From: an uncultured Fibrobacteria bacterium
Lineage (GTDB): Bacteria > Fibrobacterota > Fibrobacteria > UBA11236
NCBI GenBank assembly: GCA_963716395.1
Contig: OY970309.1
Span: 928,001 to 992,000, forward strand
DNA: 64,000 nucleotides
Direction: 5' to 3'
The notes beneath the pieces are model-generated. The model searched no databases and had not been told where the DNA came from. It saw only the letters and a program-made list of their open reading frames with translations. Positions 30,139 through 38,938 of this stretch are shown piece after piece; position 1 is the stretch's first letter; each line of letters opens with the position of its first letter. The translations under genes were made by a program, and so were the position numbers.

Positions 30139-30338
30139 GTGTGATGTTTGAAACATTTATGTTACAGACTTTCAGAACCCGGCAGATTTTTGGGTTCTTT
30201 CAAACTATCAAGACCGAATGGCGCGGAGGCGGGTTTGCCGCGATGGCGGGGAGCGTGAAACGATTTGTTACCCGGTCTCAACAATTCGAATCAAACCGGA
30301 CACCCGCAAAGGTGGTGCCATGACTCGAACAAAACCGG

Positions 30339-30866
30339 TCAGATCTTGACCGCATTCCGGGCCGAAACGCGGCGCCGGGAAGGAGAAGGGCGGCTCACGA
30401 CCGAGAGGCGGTATTCTTTCGCCGCCTCGACTAAAGCCCGTTTCATGCGGAGCAAAACCCCGGAAAAATGCGCGGCAATCCCCGTCGGCAACCCGCGCAG
30501 CGCCCGCTGATTTAATTCGGCGATGGCCCGATGAATTTTGGGCAGCGCCCTATCAGCCTTGGGCGTCAAGACAATTAAATGCTTGCGACGATCGGTACGG
30601 CTGGGACGGCGGCGAATGAATCCGGCCGCGGCCAAGTAATCCAAAATTCCCACCATGGAAACCTTATCGATTTCCAGCAGGTTCGCCAGTTCCTGCTGCG
30701 TCAACTTTCCGCCGTGTTCCGCAATCACCGCCAGCAGGAAATAGTGCCGGCGAATGCCCAGGCCCTGCAAGCGTGCAGCCAACGCTTCCATATATTGTTT
30801 GGAAACCTTGTTCAGCTGCAACCACAGCGGCAACTCTTTGGAAACACCGGGCGGTTTGGATTTCAT
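30339..30866 (-). CDS. MarR-family transcriptional regulator
   Basis: TQQELANLLEIDKVSMVGILDYL and RRPSRTDRRKHLIVLT motifs. Confidence 0.92.
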   Translation of the reverse strand: MKSKPPGVSKELPLWLQLNKVSKQYMEALAARLQGLGIRRHYFLLAVIAEHGGKLTQQELANLLEIDKVSMVGILDYLAAAGFIRRRPSRTDRRKHLIVLTPKADRALPKIHRAIAELNQRALRGLPTGIAAHFSGVLLRMKRALVEAAKEYRLSVVSRPSPSRRRVSARNAVKI

Positions 30867-30956
30867 GGCTTGCCAACGTAACAACACACCCTCTTTTCGA
30901 GGAATTTCCAAGTCCATTTATTTGGATTTGACCTGATTTTTAACATCCGCGCGCCC

Positions 30957-30985
30957 TTGACTTTCCGCGGGCGCTTCAGTAGGTT
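30957..30985 (+). promoter_or_regulatory. Candidate sigma70 promoter for the lipoprotein gene
   Basis: TTGACT (30957-30962), 17 bp, TAGGTT (30980-30985). Confidence 0.5.
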
Positions 30986-30996
30986 AATAAGTGTAA

Positions 30997-31015
30997 TAGT
31001 TATCATAATTAACTA
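30997..31015. promoter_or_regulatory. Candidate MarR operator 1
   Basis: TAGTTA-TCATAAT-TAACTA palindrome between marR and the divergent lipoprotein gene. Confidence 0.65.
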
Positions 31016-31017
31016 AT

Positions 31018-31764
31018 ATGAAAAAAACCGCTGCCGCGCCGGGGAAAACCAGAAAGAGGGGCCACGCGGTGTCCCATTTCGCGGGGCCGTTGCTGGCCGC
31101 CGCCTTGCTTTCATTAGGAACGGGCTGTTCCCAGGGCAGATTGGGAATGACTCCGCATAACGGAAACCAGCGATTGGATGTTCTGACCTCCTTCACTCTC
31201 GCGGTTTCCCGGCGGGATTTCAAATCAGCAGTCAATCTCATGAGCCCTGGCGAACAGACCCGGTTCCTGGATCAAAACGGAAATTTCAAACCCGAATACG
31301 CCTCCCGCCTAGAAGCCCTGCAACTAGACGATATGGATCACAACCCCGATGTCGTGGTGAAAGACGGAAAGATCAGCGGAATTGGCTCCATGCTGCCCGT
31401 GGCTCTGGAAGGCCCGCCCATTACGCCGCAAGAGGTCAAGACCAGCGAAGCGGCCGCGTCCGCCGACAGCTTCGTCACCGCCGGACCCGCCAGGGTGCAA
31501 AAATCGGATCAACTGCACCGCACCGCCGAAGAGTTCTTCCGGTCCATCCACGACAAGAATTGGGAGCGCGCCCTGAGCTATGTCGACCCCGAAGAGCGCA
31601 AGGATTTTCTTGATACCAAAGGCGAAGTCAAAAGCGATGCCAAGCAAAGGCTGGGGCAGGTGGATACGAGTTCCTGGAGTTCACTGTCCTTACGTGACGG
31701 CAAATTGACCGGCATAGTTCTCATCATTCCGCCGCCCCCTCCGCCTCCCAGCGATTCCCCGTAG
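31018..31764 (+). CDS. Lipoprotein with a tandemly duplicated domain of about 70 aa
   Basis: Lipobox LGTGC; two repeats of F...(D/N)(F/W)..A......E...FLD..G..K.....RL...(K/R)DGK..GI; poly-Pro tail. Confidence 0.7.
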   Translation: MKKTAAAPGKTRKRGHAVSHFAGPLLAAALLSLGTGCSQGRLGMTPHNGNQRLDVLTSFTLAVSRRDFKSAVNLMSPGEQTRFLDQNGNFKPEYASRLEALQLDDMDHNPDVVVKDGKISGIGSMLPVALEGPPITPQEVKTSEAAASADSFVTAGPARVQKSDQLHRTAEEFFRSIHDKNWERALSYVDPEERKDFLDTKGEVKSDAKQRLGQVDTSSWSSLSLRDGKLTGIVLIIPPPPPPPSDSP

Positions 31765-31947
31765 GGAAACGTGAAAGTTTTCTAATCTCCGGGATACCGG
31801 GTTTTTCCTGCGTTGGCAAATTGGAAGGTGGGCAACGCCGACGGCGCGTTGCTGAAATTTGTATGGGCCTTCTTAAGGGTGCCTCTAATAATCCGTCCGC
31901 CGGAGGTCCGCCTTTGGGGGGTGAGAATGCGATTTTTAGAGGTACCC

Positions 31948-33714
31948 TTACGCCGCCCGGGCGACGCCCTGGGTACGGCGGTCATAGGCCGCCATGATAT
32001 CGTGCAAGCGAATCATCCCCACGATTTCCCCCGCTGTCACCACGGGAAGCTGGGTCGCCCCGGATTTCAGGAACAGCGAAAGGGCCTGGTGCAAATCCAT
32101 GTCCGGGTTCAGGGTAAAAGCTTCGGTCATCAAATCTCCGACCAGAATCAAATCCTGGGCGGCCGATTCGGTGGCCGTGAGATGCAATGAGGCCATGGAC
32201 ACCAATCCGGCGATCTGGCCTTCCTTGCCCATGACTGGAAAGACATCTTGTTCGGCATAGCGCGCTTTGGCATAAGCTTCGTTGGATTTGGCGTCGGCGG
32301 GCAGCACGACGATTTCACCGCGGGGTTGCATGATTTCCCGCACCACCACGCGCTTGAGCACGTCGACGCGCAGGGCATGTTCATGCACGGGCGAGGAAAA
32401 TTTGTTCTGGCGTTGCCCGTCGTAAATCGACCAGTTGCGCGCCAAGGGAATATGAATAGTGGTGGCGATGAGCAGCGGCGGCAACAACCCATAATTGCCG
32501 GTGATCTCGCATACCATGATGAGGCCGGCCAGCGGAGCTTTGGCCGCGCCTGCGAAAAACGCCCCCATTCCCACCAGCACATAGGATCCGGGATTGGCGA
32601 CCAGCGCAGGATCCAAAGCATGCAGACCGAAGCCCACGGCGCCGCCCAGTATGCCGCCGATGAAAAGCGAAGGACCGAAAAGGCCGCCGGAGCCTCCCGA
32701 CCCCATGGTAAACGAGGTCGTGCCGATTTTCGCCACCACGATGAAAAGCAACAGGCCGAAACCGATGGAACCGGTGACCGCCTGCCTCAAACATTCGTAG
32801 TTGTTGCCCACCGCTTGCGGGCACAAATAGGAAATAAGACCCACCGCCAACCCACCTAGGGCTGGTTTGTAATAGGCCTTGATCTTCAAGTTCGTGAAAT
32901 AGGTCCGGATTCCGCGATAGCTTTTCACATAAGCCCAGGAAACCGGAACGCAAATCAAACCCAGCAGGGCATAGTTGAACAGCTCGGCCACATGCGTGAA
33001 GGGGTACACCGACAAGGGCAAAGAGGGTTTAGTCTGGTGGGTGATCAGGGAAAAGCAGCTGAAGGCGATTACCGACGCCACGACAAAAGGCAAGAACCCT
33101 TCGGATTCGAAGTCTTCCTTGTAAACGATTTCGGCGGCCGTCAAGGCGCCTCCCAAGGGGGCGTGAAAAATGGCTCCCAGCCCGGCCGCCGTGCCGGTGA
33201 GCAGCAGGATGCGCCGGTGCCGATCCGGCAGTCCCAGCAAGGTACCGATGGTCGAACCTAATCCCCCGCCGACCTGGGCGATGGGCCCCTCGTAACCCGA
33301 ACTTCCGCCCGAGCCGATCGTAAGTAGAGATGCCACGAATTTCACGATGGCGTCGCGCAAAGTGATTTTGCCGCCGCGGTTGTGAAAGGCGTCGATGAGG
33401 GCGTCGGTGCCAACGCCGGCGGCGTTGGGGGCGAAGTTGTATACCAGGAGTCCGCACAGGAGCCCCCCGACCGCCGGCACCAGAAAGAATAGATACCGGG
33501 GCAACATCGCGGCCGCGGTATGTAACGGGAACCCCGCAAAGCGGTTGAGAAGTAAATTTTGCAGGTGGTCGAGGGAAATTTTGAAAATGGCCGCGGTCAC
33601 GCCGCCTAGAACTCCCAGCACCACCGCGAAACCGAGCATGCCGCCGGTGCGGTGCCAGTATCTTTGGAAGAGCAGGAAGCGGAACCGATCGAGGGAAAAA
33701 AACCGCACCTTCAT
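31948..33714 (-). CDS. ClC-family chloride channel/transporter with a CBS pair
   Basis: GSSGYEGP, FHAPLGG, GGLFGP and SIY motifs; two C-terminal CBS domains. Confidence 0.92.
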   Translation of the reverse strand: MKVRFFSLDRFRFLLFQRYWHRTGGMLGFAVVLGVLGGVTAAIFKISLDHLQNLLLNRFAGFPLHTAAAMLPRYLFFLVPAVGGLLCGLLVYNFAPNAAGVGTDALIDAFHNRGGKITLRDAIVKFVASLLTIGSGGSSGYEGPIAQVGGGLGSTIGTLLGLPDRHRRILLLTGTAAGLGAIFHAPLGGALTAAEIVYKEDFESEGFLPFVVASVIAFSCFSLITHQTKPSLPLSVYPFTHVAELFNYALLGLICVPVSWAYVKSYRGIRTYFTNLKIKAYYKPALGGLAVGLISYLCPQAVGNNYECLRQAVTGSIGFGLLLFIVVAKIGTTSFTMGSGGSGGLFGPSLFIGGILGGAVGFGLHALDPALVANPGSYVLVGMGAFFAGAAKAPLAGLIMVCEITGNYGLLPPLLIATTIHIPLARNWSIYDGQRQNKFSSPVHEHALRVDVLKRVVVREIMQPRGEIVVLPADAKSNEAYAKARYAEQDVFPVMGKEGQIAGLVSMASLHLTATESAAQDLILVGDLMTEAFTLNPDMDLHQALSLFLKSGATQLPVVTAGEIVGMIRLHDIMAAYDRRTQGVARAA

Positions 33715-33727
33715 AGGCTTGCGACCA

Positions 33728-33748
33728 TTAGTTAACAATATTAACTAA
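33728..33748. promoter_or_regulatory. Candidate MarR operator 2
   Basis: TTAGTTAA-CAATA-TTAACTAA perfect inverted repeat just upstream of the ClC ATG; same core as 30997-31015. Confidence 0.65.
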
Positions 33749-33809
33749 AATTTGAAAGGTTTCGGATCCGCCCCTGCCATCGGCCTTAGGATGGTACTTT
33801 ATTCCCGCC

Positions 33810-34226
33810 ATGGAAACGAACCGGCCCCAGGCCAACGAAGGCGGCTTTGACCCGAGCCGGCGCGAATTTTTGGGAGTGGCGGTGGCGGCCCTGGCCGGGG
33901 CGGCGGCCGTAAGCCTTATCGGCTGCGGTACCGATTTGTCGGGCCCGGGCGGCACCGTGCCGCCGACGGGCAGCGCCCTGGGATCCGTAGGCCTTCCCGA
34001 TCATCCCGGCGCCGAACACGTGGCCTTTGTCACGCCGGCCCAGATGAACGCCGGCGGCGCCGCCACCGTGCATATCCAGGGATATGCGGATCACGATCAT
34101 CTCGTGGTGCTGAGCAGTTCGCAAGTCGCCATCTTACGCGGCGGAACTCGCGGTGCGGTCGCGGTTACCTCCACCCAAACCAATTCCGACGTTTATGGTT
34201 TTCACGACCACCGCGTGTCCTTCTAA
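33810..34226 (+). CDS. Small Tat-exported (lipo)protein with His pairs
   Basis: SRREFL twin-arginine motif, LIGC lipobox, ADHDH and FHDH motifs. Confidence 0.72.
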   Translation: METNRPQANEGGFDPSRREFLGVAVAALAGAAAVSLIGCGTDLSGPGGTVPPTGSALGSVGLPDHPGAEHVAFVTPAQMNAGGAATVHIQGYADHDHLVVLSSSQVAILRGGTRGAVAVTSTQTNSDVYGFHDHRVSF

Positions 34227-34254
34227 CCTGCGAAAGACGTAACCCCTGTGAGCT

Positions 34255-34755
34255 TCAGGGTATCTCGATTTTCCATCCGGTATTTCCGAATCGATCCTGC
34301 AAAGCCTGCAAGACGGCCGGGCGCAACTGCTCGCGCCACCGGGTTTCGATTTTCATGTCCTCGTCGAGAATGCGGGGAATCACCTGGGCGAAGCGCTGCC
34401 CGCCATCCGAACCGTGGTAGTGAATGACGAATTGCAAGTCGTCCATGGTGAGATATTTATCGAAAACCGCATACAGCTGCGGGAACAACCCGTTGTCCCC
34501 TTGCAGATGCGACGCATAAACCGACTGAATGATATTTTGCATTTCTTCGGCCGTCGAATCCGGCAGGCCTGGATTATCATTGCGGATTCTCTGCACCTCC
34601 ACCGCCACGCCTGCGTCGAGAAAATCGTCGAATTTGGGCTTGAGATTCATCGCCGCCACGGCCTGTTCGATCAAATCGAGCTTGGCCGGGGGAATATCGT
34701 CGGCCCACCCGCAGGCCAGCGCCGACAAAGCCGCGGCCCAAAAAATCCGGGGCAT
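34255..34755 (-). CDS. Secreted DUF2059-like protein
   Basis: Signal peptide; FDKYLTMDDLQFVIHYHGSDGGQRF resembles the DUF2059 core. Confidence 0.6.
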   Translation of the reverse strand: MPRIFWAAALSALACGWADDIPPAKLDLIEQAVAAMNLKPKFDDFLDAGVAVEVQRIRNDNPGLPDSTAEEMQNIIQSVYASHLQGDNGLFPQLYAVFDKYLTMDDLQFVIHYHGSDGGQRFAQVIPRILDEDMKIETRWREQLRPAVLQALQDRFGNTGWKIEIP

Positions 34756-34807
34756 GGAAATACGATACACGCTCGACACGCCGCAAAGGAGGCGCCGCCC
34801 GGCGGCG

Positions 34808-35551
34808 TTACCCGGCGGCCACAGGCGCCGCGAACGGATTTTGCCTACGGCGGCGGCGGGAATGATACACGGCGATATAGGTGCTGTCGACGATGAAAGC
34901 CAGAATCCCCAGGGCATGCAGAAAATGGTTTTGCGGGTAATGCAGGATCATCATCACGGTGTTCATGCCCGTGCCCACACATTTGAGCCAGGCCACGGCC
35001 CCGGAAAATCCTTCCACCCCGGAGCTGCCGAGCAGCAGCAGAATGCAGGAAGAAGACAGCAATAACTGACACAGGTAGGCCGAATTGGCCCCGATGGACG
35101 TGTCCATGCCTTGGCGCACGAACAGGTAATAGAGAACGCCGAAACCCACCGTGGTGGCCGCCGCCACGGGCTTGAAATGGGCGCGTAGCGCCGGCTGGTA
35201 GATTTGCTTGGGCCCCCACTTCAGCAATTGCCAGAAGATGAAGATGTCGAGGAAGAACCAGGCGCGATAGGTCCACACCAGAAAAAAACCCATGTCGGTG
35301 TGAAAGGGCCACGACCAGGTGAACTCCCAGGCAAAATTGCTGCACACGGCCACGGCCGCCATTTCCATATATTGCCGCTTCAGGGAATTGCGGATGAGAA
35401 TGGCGTAGGCGGCCACCCACAACAGGCAACCTCCGGCGAAAAGGAAGAGTTGGAAAGGCGTATAAAGCACGCAATGAACGTCGATGAGATTCAGAAAATG
35501 CGCCGGGTCGTTGACCAGGCCCGGGTGATCGGGGCAAACGACGATGTTCAT
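34808..35551 (-). CDS. Pyr4/PaxB-like integral-membrane terpene cyclase family protein
   Basis: About seven hydrophobic segments; W..AY, M...AVCSNFAWEF and WFFLDI motifs plus C-terminal IVDSTY. Confidence 0.72.
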   Translation of the reverse strand: MNIVVCPDHPGLVNDPAHFLNLIDVHCVLYTPFQLFLFAGGCLLWVAAYAILIRNSLKRQYMEMAAVAVCSNFAWEFTWSWPFHTDMGFFLVWTYRAWFFLDIFIFWQLLKWGPKQIYQPALRAHFKPVAAATTVGFGVLYYLFVRQGMDTSIGANSAYLCQLLLSSSCILLLLGSSGVEGFSGAVAWLKCVGTGMNTVMMILHYPQNHFLHALGILAFIVDSTYIAVYHSRRRRRQNPFAAPVAAG

Positions 35552-35568
35552 TTCATCCCCGCCACGCC

Positions 35569-36681
35569 TTAGCCCTTGACGCCGTTCGGAATGTGGAAAG
35601 GTTGCGAATGCCCGTCGTTCCAGTAGCGCTGCAACCCCTCCATCAATTTGATGCTGATGTCGCGGCCGGCCCGGCTGAGCGCCGGGAACAGCCAAAACCC
35701 CACGCGCTCCAATTTCAGGAGATCGCGCAGAAAAAACACGAAGGTCAACGGCGGCGAAGCCTGGGGAACGTCGAGGAGGTTGGAAATCCGGTGCCCCATG
35801 AGGTAGCGCACCAGAACCGGAATGCCGCGATCGAGCAGGCCGCCCGGCAGCAACTGTTCCAGAAATTTCACATGATCGTCCATCAGCCGCACCCCGTCGT
35901 CGGTGCGGAAAAAGTTGCGGCGTTCGAGCACCGCCCACAATTCCCGGGCTTCGGCCAGGGAGCGTGGCATCAGAGCCTCGTCCAACCCGAGTACATGGCC
36001 GATGACTTTCCAGGCATGCAAATACGCATCGACTTCGGCAGGGGAAAGTCGCACCCCCAAGGCCGTAACGCCGTCCAGGGTCAGGACAGAGAAGGCGAGC
36101 AAGGTGCCGGCCAACTCTTCCTGGTTGATGGGCCGGCCCCAATCCCGGTGGGCATTCCACTCCGGCGTGGCGCCGGCATAACCGCGAATCGATGCGTGCA
36201 AAAGGCGTACGCGCAAGGCGGTGTGCAAGCCGCGCCCGCCGGGTCCGAGCCCCCCCGGCTCCATCACGTCGAGGATGAAGCGCAGGGTTTCGGAAGCGCG
36301 CTGCCGGTAATGATGCGTCAGCTTGCCGGTCATGGTCAAAACCTGCGCGCCCCCCCGGCCGCCCGCGTAAAGAACCGGCAGCGATTTGAACAACATCACC
36401 ACCCCGAACACCGGGCCATGCAAGCTGAACAGGTTTTGCGCCTGCCGGATGCGCGCGGCATCGGCCCAGGCCGGCAACTGTGCGTTTTGTTCGAGAAAGG
36501 CGCGCAGCTTCGGAGGCGCACCGGCAAAGGCGTCGCCGCACCCTTGAATTTTTCCCAGCACCGCATTGAGCTCTCCGACCCGGCCCGCGCGGATGAAATC
36601 TTCGGCGACGGCGTCAGCGGCGGCATCGCCTTGGAGACGCATGCGATCGAGGAGAGTGGTTTCCCAGGAACCGTTTGCCAA
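35569..36681 (-). CDS. MpaB/DUF2236 (Lcp-like, globin-fold heme) oxygenase family protein
   Basis: GD..AD, LPAWAD, RASET, VRLLHASIR, WGRPINQEE and WKVIGHVLG motifs; TTG start with GGGGAGAG SD. Confidence 0.85.
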   Translation of the reverse strand: MANGSWETTLLDRMRLQGDAAADAVAEDFIRAGRVGELNAVLGKIQGCGDAFAGAPPKLRAFLEQNAQLPAWADAARIRQAQNLFSLHGPVFGVVMLFKSLPVLYAGGRGGAQVLTMTGKLTHHYRQRASETLRFILDVMEPGGLGPGGRGLHTALRVRLLHASIRGYAGATPEWNAHRDWGRPINQEELAGTLLAFSVLTLDGVTALGVRLSPAEVDAYLHAWKVIGHVLGLDEALMPRSLAEARELWAVLERRNFFRTDDGVRLMDDHVKFLEQLLPGGLLDRGIPVLVRYLMGHRISNLLDVPQASPPLTFVFFLRDLLKLERVGFWLFPALSRAGRDISIKLMEGLQRYWNDGHSQPFHIPNGVKG

Positions 36682-36886
36682 TTTTCTCTCCCCAAAAAAG
36701 AAGATGGCATGATTATAGAGTCGACGCGTTGTAATAGCAATGCATCCGCCCCGCCCTCCATTTCCGCCGAATCTGCATTTTCCACGCCTGGCATTTCCAA
36801 ATCTTGTCAATGTCTTGATCGGCGACCGGCGGCTTGGTACCCTTTTGCTTCATCATGATCCCCTCCGCCAGGGCCCAAGCCCATCC

Positions 36887-38380
36887 ATGACATCGGCTTC
36901 CGCGATGCCGCCGTTTTCCGACCCGCCCCGCAATCCGGACGGAGATCGCGAACCCGCTTCCCTGGATCGTCCGAGGTGGCGGCGGCTGCCGGGGACGAAG
37001 CTACTGACTCGCATTTGCGATCTGGGAGTTCATTCCGGACTCGACGAGAACCTGGCTCGTAACACGCGCGTGACCAACCTGGCCGCGGTCACGCTCGGCG
37101 CCCTGGTATTCCCCTACCTCTTCCTGCTTTACGCCCTGCATGAGCGGCTGGCGGCGGACTTCGTGCCGGTGCTGATGCTGGCCTACGTCCTATCCGTCAC
37201 CTGCAATTTTCTCCGCTATTACGATGCCGCGCGTTTTTGCCTGCTGGGGTCGGTCAATATCGCCGTATTCGTATATACGGCGCTCCTAGGCAAAGCCACC
37301 GGCATCGAATACGCCTTTTTCTTCACTTTGATCAGCCCTTTCATGCTCTTTCACATCAGCGAGATGCGCAAAATCATGGTGTGCATGGCTCTGCCGGTTG
37401 CGCTATGGACGTTGCTCCAAGGCCCTTTCGGGCTCGGCGACACCAGCCCGTTTTCGCCTGCCTCCCTTCATCTCTTCTACTTGTGCATTACCGCCACCGT
37501 GGCCGTCATGCTCTCGGGCTGCACCCTGCTCATCTATTTGTCGCATCAGCGTTCCTTGCTGCTCCTGCGCGCGGCCAAAGAACGCGCCGAAGCCTCATCC
37601 CAGGCCAAAGGGGAATTTTTGGCCACCATGAGCCATGAGATTCGCACGCCCATGAACGGGATTTTGGGCGCCGTGCAGTTGTTGCGGAATTCCTCGCTGC
37701 CACCGGAACAGTTGCGTTACATGGATATGGCGGAGGTGAGCGGCAATCTCCTGCTGGCCATCATCAAGGACATCCTCGACTTCTCCAAAATCGAATCCGG
37801 CCGGATGGAATTGGAACAGGTCGCCTTCAATCTGCCCGCCGTCCTCAACGAAACCGCCGAGCTTCTGCGGCCCGAAGCCGAACGCAACGGCCTGACCTTG
37901 AGCCTGCAACTCGATAACCGGCTTCCGGCCGAAGTGCGCGGCGACCCCACCCGCTTGCGGCAGGTGCTGCTGAACCTCACTTCCAACGCGGTGAAATTCA
38001 CCCGGCAGGGCGGGGTCACCTTAATCGGCGGCATTCGCGCCGAAACCGGGGATCAGGTCGAGGTGGCGCTCGAAGTGCGCGACACGGGTATCGGCATCGA
38101 GTCCGAAAAAATGGGCCGCCTGTTTCAACCTTTTTCCCAACTCGACGCTTCGACCACACGGAAATTCGGAGGCACCGGATTGGGGCTGGCGATTGCGGGA
38201 CGTCTGGCCGCCCTCATGCACGGCAGCATCGAAGTGCGCAGCCGGCCCGGACATGGCAGCGCCTTCACCTTTACGGCGTGGCTGGAAAAAAAGGTTTCGG
38301 ATCGCGGCGATTCCCCGGGGGAGCGCTTCAACCCCAATACTGAATCGCCAGAATCAGGGCCACTACCAAAGCAACAATAA
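36887..38380 (+). CDS. Membrane sensor histidine kinase (about 6 TM + HisKA + HATPase, no receiver domain)
   Basis: [16 protein letters not shown]-box; N ([11 protein letters not shown]), G1 (DTGIG), F and G2 (GGTGLGL) boxes. Confidence 0.92.
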   Translation: MTSASAMPPFSDPPRNPDGDREPASLDRPRWRRLPGTKLLTRICDLGVHSGLDENLARNTRVTNLAAVTLGALVFPYLFLLYALHERLAADFVPVLMLAYVLSVTCNFLRYYDAARFCLLGSVNIAVFVYTALLGKATGIEYAFFFTLISPFMLFHISEMRKIMVCMALPVALWTLLQGPFGLGDTSPFSPASLHLFYLCITATVAVMLSGCTLLIYLSHQRSLLLLRAAKERAEASSQAKGEFLATMSHEIRTPMNGILGAVQLLRNSSLPPEQLRYMDMAEVSGNLLLAIIKDILDFSKIESGRMELEQVAFNLPAVLNETAELLRPEAERNGLTLSLQLDNRLPAEVRGDPTRLRQVLLNLTSNAVKFTRQGGVTLIGGIRAETGDQVEVALEVRDTGIGIESEKMGRLFQPFSQLDASTTRKFGGTGLGLAIAGRLAALMHGSIEVRSRPGHGSAFTFTAWLEKKVSDRGDSPGERFNPNTESPESGPLPKQQ

Positions 38381-38831
38381 TGAGCTGCGGGACCAGTTCG
38401 GCCCTGCCTTCCGCCCCGCGGCCACGGTGGTCCTTGCGGCGCGCCGACGGCGGCACAATGTCTCGCTCCGCAAACATCACCCCGATGGCATTTTTTTCCA
38501 CGCAAAACTTGGCATAATCATCGACGTCGCGATTTTTTTCCACCGTGGCGAGCAGAAAGATCGTGTCGCCTGCGGCGCGTAAAAAGGTGAGCTGACGCAC
38601 CGGATGCCCACCGGCGAGGAAGCGATTATACACGACCGAGTCATGGCCATGGTCTTTTTCCGTCGCGCTCCGTTCCAGGGTGGAATACAGCGCGGTCGAA
38701 TCGCAGTTCGACAGGCGGGTGCCGGGCGCGTTCAGAAATACCGGTTGATACGGTCCGAGGCTGTCGGGGTTGACCGGAACCAGATGGGTTCCGGCGGCCA
38801 GGGCGAGCAACGCAAAAGCCGCGGCAAACAT
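38328..38831 (-). CDS. Hypothetical protein with a signal peptide and C-terminal TM anchor
   Basis: Hydrophobic N- and C-termini; follows nadE on the same strand. Confidence 0.5.
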   Translation of the reverse strand: MFAAAFALLALAAGTHLVPVNPDSLGPYQPVFLNAPGTRLSNCDSTALYSTLERSATEKDHGHDSVVYNRFLAGGHPVRQLTFLRAAGDTIFLLATVEKNRDVDDYAKFCVEKNAIGVMFAERDIVPPSARRKDHRGRGAEGRAELVPQLIIVALVVALILAIQYWG

Positions 38832-38938
38832 GGGGATTCCCTTTCACCCGGAACCGGAGACCCGGGCGGGTAGAATAATAATGCGTGGGGGAGCGAGGCG
38901 GGAAACGGCCTGCTCATGGCCGGCTAAAAGGCCTGTGG

